Shown here one piece after another: positions 48,501 to 58,565 of a stretch of 64,000 bases of DNA (within the stretch, counting starts at the first letter, position 1; each line of letters begins with the position of its first letter). This DNA is from Promethearchaeota archaeon (GTDB taxonomy: Archaea > Asgardarchaeota > Lokiarchaeia > Sigyniarchaeales > SOKP01): the NCBI GenBank assembly GCA_016839585.1, contig JAEOTZ010000023.1, positions 29,370 through 93,369 of the forward strand. The letters are read 5' to 3'. The notes under the pieces are model-generated. The model made no database searches. It saw only the letters and a list, made by a program, of their open reading frames with translations, and was not told where the DNA came from. The position numbers were made by a program, and so were the translations under genes.

Positions 48501-51500
48501 TTACTGCTTTATGGTATAATTCAATTGCTTCATCAAATCCTCCTTGTTGAATGTAGTTTTGTGCTTTCTCTAATAAATCAAATCCATCTTTCTTTCTATT
48601 TTCAGCAAATAACTTAAAATTTTCTTGTTCTTTCACCATTTTTTGCTTAGCTTTCATTTTTTCTCCTTCTATTTTCAATTTTTCAGAAATTTCTCGTTGA
48701 AATGTGAGATCTTCTTGTTGCTTTCTAATCCTTGTTTCGAATTCCTTTTGTTTAGCAAGATCATCATCTCTATTCTTTTGTTGAACTTTTTGAATCATTT
48801 CTCTAATAGACCTTGTTGAAAAGCCGACCTCATTTAAAAGTAATTCGGCTTGACGGTATTTTTCAGTGGATTGTACATATTGATTTTGGTTTAACAAATT
48901 TTCGGCTTCATCCATTAATTTAAATGCTTCTTCTTTACGATTTTCTATTTTCTCTATTAACTCTTCTCTCCTTTGAATTTCAAATTCTTTTCTCTTGAAC
49001 CTCTCTTTTTCTTTTTGAATAGAGGTTGAAATTTTTGTTTGGAATAATTCTTCTTCTTTTTGTCTCTTAATTAGTAATTCTTGTTCTAATTGCTTTTCTT
49101 TTTCTCTTTCTCGTTTTCTTGTATTTATAGCCTGAGTAGTCTCTTGTAGCAATTTCAAATATTCATGGGTCCACCCTATTTCTGTCAAAATCTCTATTGC
49201 TCTCCTATAATTTTCTGTAGCTTTATCGAAATTTTCTGCTTGAAGCAAAATATCAGCATCACCGATTAATTTAAAGGCACTTTGTTGTTTAGTTAGATAT
49301 TTTGCTGAAATTTCTTTTTGTTGTTTAATAATCTCTGCTTGTTCCATTTCTTTTGCTAATTCTCTTTCTCTCTGTCTCTTAATTTTCTCTACAAATGCTC
49401 TGTTAACGATTTCTTTTTCAATCGACTTCTGTATTTCTTTTTGCTTTAAAATCTCATTTTCCCTAATTTTGTTTTTAATGTCTTGAATCGCTTTTTGGAT
49501 TATTGGAATTTCATCAATCCATTGAATTTCTGCAAAAATGTTAGCAGCATCATAATAAATCTCAATTGCATAATCTAACTTAGCTTGAGAAATGAGATTT
49601 TGGGCTTTATCTAATAAATAGAAAGCCTCTTCTTTTCTTTTCTCGCGATGAGCAACCTCTTCTTCTCTTTCTCTTAAAATTATCTCTCTTTGTTTTAATT
49701 TATCTCGTTGAGTTTTCATAATTTTAGTAATTTTATCTTGAAACTCCTTTTCTTGTTTTTCTCTCTCAAGAGTAGTTTGTAATTCTATTTGTTTTTTTAT
49801 TTCAGCTTCACGTTTTCTATTTTCAATCTCAATAATAGAATTCTGAATCAAACTTATCTCATTATGCCATTGAGCATCTGCGAAAAAATTCATTGTATAC
49901 TGAAGTATTTCGATTGCATTATCAAAATCTCCTTGTTTTACATGGTCTTGCGCCTCTTCTAAAAGAATAAAACCTGCTTTTCTTTTATCTTCTTGCTCTT
50001 TTAATTCTTCCTCATGTTTTCTCAACGCTATCTCTTTTTTTCTTAATTTTTCACGTTCTACTTGTAATTGTTTAGTAATTTGTCTTTGAAATTCTTCTTC
50101 TTTTTTATGTCTCTCTATTGTTTCTTGGAACTTTTTCTGTTGGATATCAAGTTGTTTCCTTCTTAATTGTTCTATTTCATTAATAGATTTTTCAATTAAT
50201 GGTATCTCATCAACCCACTGAATTTCAGCAAAAATTTTTCCCGCATTTTGATACGCATTAATAGCATTGTCAAAATCTCCTTGTGTAATATAATCGTGAG
50301 CATCATCCATATAATTGAAAGCAACGTTTTTGCGTTGTTCTCTATATTGTATTTCAGCATCTTTTTCTTTCAATTCAATTTCTTTTTGTTTTAATCTTAC
50401 TCGTTCTTTATCTATCTGTTTAGAAATTTTTCTCTGAAATTCTAACTCTTGTTCTTTTCTTTCTTTGATGCCTCTTTGCTCTTCTTGTTGTTTTTTAAGC
50501 TGAAATTGCTTAATCTTACGAACATTAGTTATAGTAGTCTTTATTGTGCCGATATAATGTTCCCATCCTGCCCCTAACTCTTTAAGCATTTCTAAAGCAT
50601 TTTGATATTCATTTATTGCTTTCTCAAAATCTTTTTCTTCTTGTAATATTTTATCTGCTCTCTCTAATATTGTAAAAAACTCATTTTCTTTCTTTTCTTT
50701 TTCTTTTCGCTTTTCTTCAAGTTCTCTTCTCCTAAGCTCTAAATCTTGAGTAGATTGCAATAATTGTTCTTGTTGTTTTAAAGAGATCGATTCTTGAAGT
50801 TGCTTTAGTTGACCTTGTCTTCTTTCCTTTAATTGGTCTGATTTTTGTTCTCCTTTCTGTTTTTCTTTGACATCATTTATTAGATTAATGATAGGCTGAA
50901 TATAAGCATCCCATTCTATTGATTTAAGCATTTCTATTGCTTGATTAAACATTTGGTTTGCTTTATCGTAATTTTTATCCCTTTCAAACATTTTTCCAAT
51001 ATCTATTAGATTAAACGCCTTAGTTTGAATTTCCTCTTCTTGTTTCTTTTTCTCTTCAAATTCTGTTAAATTTTGCTTTTTTAATTCTGCTTCTGAAGTT
51101 ATACTCGGTTGTTTTGACTCCGCTTTACTCTTGATTGCCTCGGAATCTTTTGCTTGTTGGGCTTGAAATTTCTGAAAGTTTTTACGATCTATTTTAAGCT
51201 TTTCAATTATTATTTTAATATTACGGGTTTGTTCGGTCCAACCAATAGAGTTTAATAATTCGACAGCCCTTTCGTAATTCAGTATTGCATTATCGAATTT
51301 TTTCTTTTGTTCATATAATTTTCCTTTATCAATAAGTGCAAATGCTTCATTTTGTATTTCTTCCTCTCGTTTTTTCATTGCTTTATAAGTTTCTATTCTT
51401 TCAATTTTTTCAGGAGTTGCTTTTTCTCCAAACATACTCACAATTTGAGGTTGCTCTTCTGGTTTTTCTCGAATATATTGTTGAGAAGATTCTAATTCTT

Positions 51501-51951
51501 TTTGCCGAACTATCTTTTTCTCCTGCTCTATATTATCGGAGATAATCTTAATATTTGTGTTTAAGTTGTTTAATTGAGTATTAGACCAACCTGCTTGAGT
51601 TAGAAGGGCTATAGCTGAACTATATTGTTTGATAGCATCCTCAAAAAAACCATCAGATTCTAATTTTTTTGCTCCATCTAATAACGCAAATGCTTGGTCT
51701 TGTAATTGCTCAATTTGAGTTTGTGCTTGAGTATATTGATATAATTTGTCTTGTTTGAGATAATTATTTAATTCTTGAATTCTATCATAAATATCTTGAA
51801 TTCTATGTGTTAAATATCCACTTTGCTTAAGGAGTTCACCTGCTTTTTCGTAATTTACAATCGCTTTCTCTACATTCCTTTCCTCTTCAAGTTTTTGAGC
51901 TAATTCTAGCAAATTTAAGGCTTCTTGAGCTAAATTTTCAGGATTTTGCAT
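45586..51951 (-). CDS. Giant repeat protein (18 MIT/TPR-like helical units separated by E/K/R/Q-rich helices)
   Basis: Unit AFxLLxxA..F(D/E)xAIxxYxxAxxIxxEIxW counted 18 times at about 116-aa period. Confidence 0.85.
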   Translation of the reverse strand: MQNPENLAQEALNLLELAQKLEEERNVEKAIVNYEKAGELLKQSGYLTHRIQDIYDRIQELNNYLKQDKLYQYTQAQTQIEQLQDQAFALLDGAKKLESDGFFEDAIKQYSSAIALLTQAGWSNTQLNNLNTNIKIISDNIEQEKKIVRQKELESSQQYIREKPEEQPQIVSMFGEKATPEKIERIETYKAMKKREEEIQNEAFALIDKGKLYEQKKKFDNAILNYERAVELLNSIGWTEQTRNIKIIIEKLKIDRKNFQKFQAQQAKDSEAIKSKAESKQPSITSEAELKKQNLTEFEEKKKQEEEIQTKAFNLIDIGKMFERDKNYDKANQMFNQAIEMLKSIEWDAYIQPIINLINDVKEKQKGEQKSDQLKERRQGQLKQLQESISLKQQEQLLQSTQDLELRRRELEEKRKEKEKKENEFFTILERADKILQEEKDFEKAINEYQNALEMLKELGAGWEHYIGTIKTTITNVRKIKQFQLKKQQEEQRGIKERKEQELEFQRKISKQIDKERVRLKQKEIELKEKDAEIQYREQRKNVAFNYMDDAHDYITQGDFDNAINAYQNAGKIFAEIQWVDEIPLIEKSINEIEQLRRKQLDIQQKKFQETIERHKKEEEFQRQITKQLQVEREKLRKKEIALRKHEEELKEQEDKRKAGFILLEEAQDHVKQGDFDNAIEILQYTMNFFADAQWHNEISLIQNSIIEIENRKREAEIKKQIELQTTLEREKQEKEFQDKITKIMKTQRDKLKQREIILREREEEVAHREKRKEEAFYLLDKAQNLISQAKLDYAIEIYYDAANIFAEIQWIDEIPIIQKAIQDIKNKIRENEILKQKEIQKSIEKEIVNRAFVEKIKRQRERELAKEMEQAEIIKQQKEISAKYLTKQQSAFKLIGDADILLQAENFDKATENYRRAIEILTEIGWTHEYLKLLQETTQAINTRKREREKEKQLEQELLIKRQKEEELFQTKISTSIQKEKERFKRKEFEIQRREELIEKIENRKEEAFKLMDEAENLLNQNQYVQSTEKYRQAELLLNEVGFSTRSIREMIQKVQQKNRDDDLAKQKEFETRIRKQQEDLTFQREISEKLKIEGEKMKAKQKMVKEQENFKLFAENRKKDGFDLLEKAQNYIQQGGFDEAIELYHKAVKIFTEIKWDEEVSLIQNSIFEIETKKRETELEKQSELQKTLEREKQDKDFQDQISTMMKAQRDKLKQKEIAFREREQELAHREKRKEEAFNLLDKAHELLSQGNLDNTIELYHKVANIFAQIQWNEEIPVIQRAIKDIESKRKEKDLIRQKTLQMEIEKEKADYAFIEKIKRRREFERVKALEQQELLETQRIISAHNLAKQENAFNLIEEGDLLLTQKKFNNSIENYQKAIEILREIGWTSEYLRVLQETIQTVKHRKLETEKDKQLEQEIVIKRQKEEEQFQMKVTEYLQKEKERIQAKKIDIQKLEDLKLYMENRKKEAFEIMDIGENLLNQGNYEQSIEKYRQAELILNEIRFPTVAVKEMIQKIQDKLKEENLRKQKLFENQIKKEREEFLFLQVINERLKIKDKIRKSKEQQLVKQRELYVYMEKRKEDAFNLLEEAEIFMKNGQYDKALEYYRNAEIILNEIQFPTESIREMIHKVQEKKKEHQLEKQNELELAIQKEREEREFQRKIAESINSEKDRLKSKQIQILEIEERKRILEKRKQEAFKILDEAENASKRLDYNGALESYRKAGLLLNQLQFPTKSIENMISKITELKKQKEQTEPLKFQRELERLEEERQLQAIIEERQRQEKEKKIAHQLALQERERVIQEQMNQREAAYSLLEKAQSHLKGHSPDYDSAIALYTQARDFLTENIGWQPEITHLNDLINDLQLEKANFIERKRLEEQARLQRQNEYILFQEEVRRRRIEQEKLKQEQLRQYRELYLKREQADRLRDEGLNLIDEGKKWAAYHDFDQSYENFNLAIEKFREIGWDEEVKYIQNEIKNTKILEDRVKKEDLRIQIIYEQLEKQKSLEESQRIQKESELQQTIAEVGDLAGDVITLIEERRKKQRTEAEQQKIQIKKQAQDFSKKMGGLIQLKEDLFAELAKKEDEKRKKVEELKSAKEREKVDDIKKMLKEVAKKKKK

Positions 51952-52163
51952 TTTAATATTAATCCTTTTATACTTAATTTAAAAAATAATCTATTTTGAT
52001 AAACAATCTTTTTTATTACGTTAAACTAAGTAATTAAACTTTTTATATTGTTATAATTATTTTAACTAGATTATTAAAAACGATAAAGGTTCTTAAATTT
52101 CCGAGAAAATTTATCTCATTTATAATTTTATAAATTTTAATCTACTAAGAAAGGGAGAAAAGC

Positions 52164-54104
52164 ATTAATAAAATAATTATTGATATTGAACCCATTTCCA
52201 GAAGAATTCACTATTTGGATGATAAACCAATATATGACCTTTTTTTGAAATTAAATTTGCCAATTAGATCCATATGTGGTGGCTTAGGTACATGCGGAAA
52301 ATGTAAAGTCTTAATTCAGAAAGGCAGTGAGTATTTAAATCAGGTAACTAACGCAGAAAAGAAATTTTTAAGCAACGAAGATCTTGAAAGTGGATATAGA
52401 TTAGCATGTCAAACTAAAATTAATGCTAAATATATAGATATTTTACAAGAGCTTAAACCGCCTCATTTTCGTATTTTCTTACCTAGTGAACTATTATTTG
52501 AAGATTTCAATATTCTAACTTTTGGAATTAGGAAAAAAACTGTCTTAAATCCAGCAATAAAAAAATTTTTTCTTGATATTAAAAAACCAACATTAGATGA
52601 GCCTATTCCTGATTTTGAAAGGGTAATTGCTGAAATAATTGCTAAAGATAATACTATTAAAGAAGATCAAATTGAAATTGATTTTAATTTAATAAATCAA
52701 CTACCTAATATTTTAAGAGAGAATAACCATAAAATTACTCTAACTTTATGGAATGATAATGAGATTATAGAATGTGAACCTAATGACACAACAGAAAATA
52801 ACTATGGCATTGCATTTGATATTGGAACAACTACAATTGTAGGATATTTAGTCAATCTAGATAATGGAAAAGTCTATTCATTAGCTTCAAAACTAAATAG
52901 CCAAACGGCTTATGGAGAAGACGTAATCACACGTCTTTCTTTTATTAAAAATGATCAAAAAGGGCTACAAAAGTTAAATTTAGCTGTTTTAAATGACTTA
53001 AATAATATCATTTCAAAAGTTTGTGAAAAGAGCAAAATTAAATCTTCCCAGATTTATGAAGCTACCATTGTTGGGAACTCAGTTATGCACCATATTTTTT
53101 TAAATTTGGATCCAATAAATATTGGATTGAGTCCTTATATCCCTGTAATTCAAAAAGGGATGAATATAAAGGCCAGAACTTTAAATTTAAAAATATCTAA
53201 AAATGGATATGTATATATAGTACCAATAATTGCAGGATTTGTTGGAGCAGACACCGTTGGTGTAATTTTATCATCAAATATTAACTCACAGAAAGATCTT
53301 ACTTTAGCTATTGATATAGGAACCAATGGGGAAATTATTTTAGGAAATCGTAAATTCTTAGCAACAGGGTCGTGTGCAGCTGGTTCTGCTTTAGAAGGAG
53401 CACATATTAGTGATGGAATGAGAGCTGCTGCTGGGGCTATAGATACTATAAAAATCGATCCTCAAAATTTTGATGTTTCCTACAGCACAATTAAAAATAA
53501 AAAGCCAATTGGTATTTGTGGTTCTGGTTTAATTGATGCTATAGGAGAGATGTTAAGATCAAAAATTCTTACAAGGAGTGGTAATTTTGACAAAGAATTC
53601 ATTGATCAAGGGAGAATTCTTAGAAGAAATAATAATATTGAGTTCATAATAGCTAAAAGAGAAGAAACATCTATTGGAAAAGAAATCAAAATATCTCAGA
53701 ATGACATAAGGCAAATACAAATGGCAAAAGCAGCCTTTTATTCTGGTACTAGACTTATATTAAAGCATTTAGATACTAAACTAGAAATAAAACGAGTATT
53801 TTTGGCGGGTGCTTTTGGTAATTATATTAATAAATATAATGCAAAATTTATTGGAATGATTCCAGATATTTCAGATGAAAATATTTTTCAAATCGGGAAT
53901 GCTGCTGGAACTGGCGCTCAATCCCTCTTATTGAACAAAGATTTAAGAGAAAAGGTTAAAAAATTATTAAAAAAAATCCAATATATTGAGATCGCTACAA
54001 AAGAAGAATTTCAAAAAGAATTTACAGATGCCATGTACTTTCCTCACTTTAATCTTGAACTTTTCCCTACTCTGAAAGAATATAATAACATTCCAAAAAG
54101 ATGA
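52164..54104 (+). CDS. ASKHA ATPase with N-terminal 2Fe-2S domain (RACo/DUF4445, corrinoid reactivation); ATT start inferred
   Basis: CGGLGTCGKC..RLACQ; AFDIGTTT; DIGTNGE; CAAGSALEG; GICGSG; LAGAFG; GNAA. Confidence 0.92.
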   Translation: MNKIIIDIEPISRRIHYLDDKPIYDLFLKLNLPIRSICGGLGTCGKCKVLIQKGSEYLNQVTNAEKKFLSNEDLESGYRLACQTKINAKYIDILQELKPPHFRIFLPSELLFEDFNILTFGIRKKTVLNPAIKKFFLDIKKPTLDEPIPDFERVIAEIIAKDNTIKEDQIEIDFNLINQLPNILRENNHKITLTLWNDNEIIECEPNDTTENNYGIAFDIGTTTIVGYLVNLDNGKVYSLASKLNSQTAYGEDVITRLSFIKNDQKGLQKLNLAVLNDLNNIISKVCEKSKIKSSQIYEATIVGNSVMHHIFLNLDPINIGLSPYIPVIQKGMNIKARTLNLKISKNGYVYIVPIIAGFVGADTVGVILSSNINSQKDLTLAIDIGTNGEIILGNRKFLATGSCAAGSALEGAHISDGMRAAAGAIDTIKIDPQNFDVSYSTIKNKKPIGICGSGLIDAIGEMLRSKILTRSGNFDKEFIDQGRILRRNNNIEFIIAKREETSIGKEIKISQNDIRQIQMAKAAFYSGTRLILKHLDTKLEIKRVFLAGAFGNYINKYNAKFIGMIPDISDENIFQIGNAAGTGAQSLLLNKDLREKVKKLLKKIQYIEIATKEEFQKEFTDAMYFPHFNLELFPTLKEYNNIPKR

Positions 54105-54350
54105 AATCAAATCACCTAATTAACTCGAATTTAAGATATTATTCTACGTTTTTACTGTTTTAGTTAGAATATATAGAATACTTTTTTAATGATTAGAATT
54201 CCATTTCACTTTATGTAAAAGTATTTAAATTTTTAATTTATTTAATCTTTAATTTAATTTGTGTAATAAAATTAAATAAATTCTTAAATATCATTTACAA
54301 TAATAATTTATATACAAAATTAAAAATATCAATATAAATAATTGTGATCA

Positions 54351-54881
54351 GTGATGTCAAGTTTTAAGCTAAAAGTTCTATTAACTGGTGCCGCGGCTGT
54401 AGGTAAAACATCACTCGTTCAGCGCTTTATAAAGAATAGATTTCAAGCAAATTATAAATTAACTGTAGGTGTTGATATTTTAACTAAAGATGTTGAATTT
54501 CGACAAGGGGAAATTGCTACATTAAGCATTTGGGATATAGGTGGACAACAAAGATTTGAATTTATACGTAGCACATTTTATAAAGGGGCCGCGGGGGCAT
54601 TATTAGTCTTTGATTTAACAAGGGAACAAACATATACAGAAACTAGAAAATGGCTCACAGAAATCCGTCAATTTGCAGGAGAGAATATCCCCTTTGTATT
54701 AATTGGAAATAAAGCTGATTTGATTGAAGATGTAGGAATAGTCATTGATCGTAATGATGCAAGATCATTTGCCGAAAATGAGGGTAGTATTTATATAGAA
54801 ACTTCGGCAAAAACAGGTGTAAGTGTAGATGAGGCATTTACTGAACTTACTGGTCGAATTATTGATTCCAGAACTCAATAA
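54351..54881 (+). CDS. Rab-like small GTPase
   Basis: GAAAVGKTS, TVGVDI, IWDIGGQQRF, FYKGAAGALLVFD, NKADL, ETSAK; no C-terminal prenylation Cys. Confidence 0.95.
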   Translation: MMSSFKLKVLLTGAAAVGKTSLVQRFIKNRFQANYKLTVGVDILTKDVEFRQGEIATLSIWDIGGQQRFEFIRSTFYKGAAGALLVFDLTREQTYTETRKWLTEIRQFAGENIPFVLIGNKADLIEDVGIVIDRNDARSFAENEGSIYIETSAKTGVSVDEAFTELTGRIIDSRTQ

Positions 54882-55013
54882 TTGATTTTATCTTTTTCTT
54901 ACTAAAATGATTTTAAAAATAACTATAAACTACTTCAGGATCTAATTAAATCCCTCTTTACAATAGAATTTATTAAGATATAGACCTTTAGATAAAAAAT
55001 TAAAAATCATTGA

Positions 55014-56441
55014 TTAATCTTCAAATCTAGTTGTGTCTAAAATTTCATAAAGATCATCGTGTATTAAATTAATCGCGTCTATTAGATTTTCTTTTTCTAC
55101 AACTATAGAAAGACTTAAATCTTCAGTACTTTGAGTTAAAGCCTTAACATGAATATTTTTCTTATCTAAAGCTTGAAAAATTAAAGCTTTAGTAATATTT
55201 TCTAAAATTTTTGTACCTGTAATGTTTATAATAGCAACATCTTCAAAATTAATTTCAAAAAAGTGTGAGAAGTATTCAGATTTATTTAAAGCATCAATTG
55301 CTTTTTTTGAATCCTCTCTTTTTACTATAAATGAAGTATTAATTTCTGAAGCACTTTGGGCAACTAATGATACACTAATATTATTTTTACTCATTACTTT
55401 AAAAATCTTAGCTAAAACTCCTGGAACATCAACTAAACTTCCGGAAGAAATGGTAATTACAACAGCATCTTCCACAGCAGAAAGTCCTTTTATTTGATCT
55501 TTATCAGAGAATTCAGAAATTTTAGTGAAATCAACTTTTTCTAATGGTTTATCAAAATTTCTGATTTCTAAAGGGATTTTACTTTTTTCTATCGCTTCTA
55601 AGCATTTTGGGTGGAGAATTTTAGCACCAAAATTTGCGATATGTTTTGCTTCATTGTAATCTAAATTTCTAATTAGTGAGGATTCGGGTGTAAATTTTGG
55701 ATTTATTGCCAATAAACCATCAACATCTTTCCATAAAATAACTTTAATATCTTTATCGTCTCCCATTTCATAAAGTGAATGTGCTATAATAGTTGCTGTA
55801 TAATCTGATCCACCTCTACCTAAGGTTGTGATATAACCTATTTTATTTCTTCCTATATAACCTGTTAAACAGATAATAGTATCTTTTCTTGGGTTCTCTA
55901 ACAAAGGAATTAATAACCTTTTAATTCGTGAATTTGTTAATTCATACAGGGGGTAGGCATTATTAAATTCATCATTTGTTATAATAATTTTATTTGCTGG
56001 TACGAATACTGAATCAATCCCATTACTTAAGAGATATTGATTAAGTATAAATGTTGAGAAGAATTCACCAAAGCTTAAAACATAATCTTTATAATAAGGT
56101 TCTAAACCAAATTCTCTTATATCAGCAAAAGTATCTTCTAACTCACTTAATTTATCATCTATCCATTCTTTAACTTTACTATAATGTTCAGAATCTTCTG
56201 AAAATATTTGCTCAACTATATCTATATGCTTTTTTTCGATCAAAGCTACATTTTTATCCACTTCTATAGGATCTTCCAAATTTTCAGCTGTTTTCTGAAG
56301 TAAATCAGTTACCCCTGAAAATGCTGAAGCAACAAATATTTTTTTTGACTTGTTATAAATGCCTATAATTTTGAGAATATTTTTAAAAGAATGTCTATCA
56401 ATTAAACAGGAACCCCCAATCTTCATAATAACAATTGTCAT
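55014..56441 (-). CDS. lysC: Aspartate kinase
   Basis: MKIGGS; VASAFSGVTDLL; TTLGRGGSDYTA; KDVDG; FGAKILHP; two ACT domains. Confidence 0.93.
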   Translation of the reverse strand: MTIVIMKIGGSCLIDRHSFKNILKIIGIYNKSKKIFVASAFSGVTDLLQKTAENLEDPIEVDKNVALIEKKHIDIVEQIFSEDSEHYSKVKEWIDDKLSELEDTFADIREFGLEPYYKDYVLSFGEFFSTFILNQYLLSNGIDSVFVPANKIIITNDEFNNAYPLYELTNSRIKRLLIPLLENPRKDTIICLTGYIGRNKIGYITTLGRGGSDYTATIIAHSLYEMGDDKDIKVILWKDVDGLLAINPKFTPESSLIRNLDYNEAKHIANFGAKILHPKCLEAIEKSKIPLEIRNFDKPLEKVDFTKISEFSDKDQIKGLSAVEDAVVITISSGSLVDVPGVLAKIFKVMSKNNISVSLVAQSASEINTSFIVKREDSKKAIDALNKSEYFSHFFEINFEDVAIINITGTKILENITKALIFQALDKKNIHVKALTQSTEDLSLSIVVEKENLIDAINLIHDDLYEILDTTRFED

Positions 56442-56548
56442 AATAAAAATTCCGAATAAATCGATTCTCTATTAAGTATTATTATTCTAAACTTTTTTTC
56501 ATTATGAAATTAGGTTCTTATAATAATATAAATTAATTCTTTATGAGC

Positions 56549-58525
56549 CTAATCATTTAAAAGTTTTTGTAATCCTTGAATTTCATCATCGATTTTCTTT
56601 TCTAAAAGAACTAATTTACTTTTCTTTTCATTGAGTTCATCAGCAGTAATTTCTCCTGTAAGTTCTTTCATTTCAAAATCTAAGGACATCTTAGAAACGT
56701 TTGCCTTTTTTATCTTTAAATCTAATAAGGCCTTCTTCAAGTTTTCTTTTTGTTTATTATCCATAATTGGAGCAAGTTGTGGAGTTTCTAAAATTTTCTG
56801 AGAAAGTGTTTCGGGAACATCTGATTTAGGGATTTTTAAGGTTTCTAATTGCTGGTTAGATATTGTTGGTACTTGAGTCTGTTTTTGAACACTTGTTTTA
56901 GGAATTTCTGGTGGGATTACAGGCTTTTTTACTTTTATAGGTTCTTGGGCAATTTTAGGAGCAGTAGCACTTGGAACTATAGTTGGACTTATTTTTGGTT
57001 TTCCATTAAATAATTGAGTTGGTGAAACAGGTACTGGTGCCTTAAATGGCTCTACATTTTTAACATGCCCATATGGAGACGTTTTTAATTTATTTTTTGC
57101 ATCTTTAGGTACAAATTCTACTGACTTTGGTCTTTGTTTAATCATAAAATCTTTTGGGTCTAATTTTAAACCCATATCCTCTTGTGCAATTTTAGGTGTT
57201 TTTTGCTTTTTAGGAGGAATGAATGCTGGTTTAGGTGCTTCTGGTTTCTTAGGAGGTGGTGTTACTGGTGGTTTAGGCACTTCTGGCTTTTTAGGGGGTG
57301 GTGTTACTGGTGGTTTAGGCGCTTCTGGCTTCTTAGGAGGTGGTGATACTGGTGGTATAGGTGCTTCTGGCTTCTTAGGGGGTGGTGATACTGGTGGTTT
57401 TGGCGCTTCTGGCTTCGGTATAACTGCTGGTTTTCTAGGAGTATCAGTCTCTAGTGGTGTTGCTGGTGTAGGTTGTGGTGCGCCCACCTTTTGTAGCATG
57501 GATTTAATCTTTTGTGCTTTTTCAAAAAATTCTCTTCCTAGTGAGTCATCTCCTAATTCAATACATAGATCACTTATTTTCTCGAATAAAAATGCTGCTT
57601 TATCGAAATCAGCAGATTCTAATGCTTTAACTGCATCCTCTGTTAATTTATCTCTTTCTAGAAGTGGTTTTAATAAAGGCGAAACCTCAGCACTCATATC
57701 TAAAATATCTGCTATAATTTGGATCATTTTATCTCTATTAACACTATCCTTAGCGATCATGGAATATGACTTTAAGCCGAGAATTTTTTCCATTTGAGAG
57801 GGATTTATAGCATTATCTAAATCCTGCTTATTTCCTATTACAGCGGTATGAGCATGTGGCGCTTGTTCTTTTATTAATTCTAAGAAGAATTTGCTTTTTT
57901 CTACATTTTCTAATGTAGAATCAGTTACTAATAGTACGGCGTCACTTCCTTTAATAAAATTATTCCAAAGGTAACTAAATTGTTCTTGTCCAGCAAAGTC
58001 CCAAAGATGAAAATGTAATTTGCCAATTTTTATTGTAGCGATATCTCCTGTTATTGTTGGTATGTGTTGCATAGGAATTTCTTCAGCTTTAATCAATCTT
58101 GTAATTGTTGTTTTTCCAACTCCAGAAAAGCCAACGAGAGAAATTTTAGGTCTTAAATTTCTATGAATAGAATCTATTGTAGGATCAAAAACTTCAAATG
58201 TTTTAGCATCAAATCTATGTTGTAAAATATCTTCAAATAGGTTTAAGAATTCTTTTTTACATCTTATTAATTCTTTCTTTATATTATCAAAATTATCAGT
58301 TAAACCAGTCACAAACAGAAAAATTAATTCCATCTCTTTTTCAGTTATATATGATACCCTAAATTTGAAATAATCATGATATTGAATCTTGTTTCCTCCT
58401 CTGCCAAAAGCATCATCCATGATTTCTGAAACAAGTGTATTAAAAATTTCTTCTTTTAATGCTTTACCAAAATGTCTGTAATATAAAAGTTCATTACCTT
58501 TATATATGTATACTTGTCTTAAAAT
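56549..58525 (-). CDS. Longin / Arf-like small GTPase / MIT-like / Pro-rich / coiled-coil fusion protein; ATT start inferred
   Basis: (M)LRQVYIYKGNELLYYRHF longin-like strands upstream of track ATG 58420; GFSGVGKTT, WDFAGQ, NKQD; C-terminal GEIT helical hairpin. Confidence 0.88.
   Translation of the reverse strand: MLRQVYIYKGNELLYYRHFGKALKEEIFNTLVSEIMDDAFGRGGNKIQYHDYFKFRVSYITEKEMELIFLFVTGLTDNFDNIKKELIRCKKEFLNLFEDILQHRFDAKTFEVFDPTIDSIHRNLRPKISLVGFSGVGKTTITRLIKAEEIPMQHIPTITGDIATIKIGKLHFHLWDFAGQEQFSYLWNNFIKGSDAVLLVTDSTLENVEKSKFFLELIKEQAPHAHTAVIGNKQDLDNAINPSQMEKILGLKSYSMIAKDSVNRDKMIQIIADILDMSAEVSPLLKPLLERDKLTEDAVKALESADFDKAAFLFEKISDLCIELGDDSLGREFFEKAQKIKSMLQKVGAPQPTPATPLETDTPRKPAVIPKPEAPKPPVSPPPKKPEAPIPPVSPPPKKPEAPKPPVTPPPKKPEVPKPPVTPPPKKPEAPKPAFIPPKKQKTPKIAQEDMGLKLDPKDFMIKQRPKSVEFVPKDAKNKLKTSPYGHVKNVEPFKAPVPVSPTQLFNGKPKISPTIVPSATAPKIAQEPIKVKKPVIPPEIPKTSVQKQTQVPTISNQQLETLKIPKSDVPETLSQKILETPQLAPIMDNKQKENLKKALLDLKIKKANVSKMSLDFEMKELTGEITADELNEKKSKLVLLEKKIDDEIQGLQKLLND
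57228..57417 (-). repeat. 42-bp (14-aa) coding tandem repeat KPEAPKPPV(S/T)PPPK, about 4.5 copies
   Basis: Visible in both the translation and the DNA (gcttctggcttcttaggaggtggtgatactggtgg...). Confidence 0.9.
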
Positions 58526-58565
58526 AGCAATTCACCAAAATAATTAAATTATAATTTTATATGGA

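Noticed and set aside
57228-57417. CRISPR-like periodic repeat
   Set aside because: In-frame coding tandem repeat with no unique spacers. No CRISPR array or cas gene was seen in the window
57219-57797. Gly-rich 192-aa plus-strand ORF
   Set aside because: Antisense shadow of the proline-rich repeat
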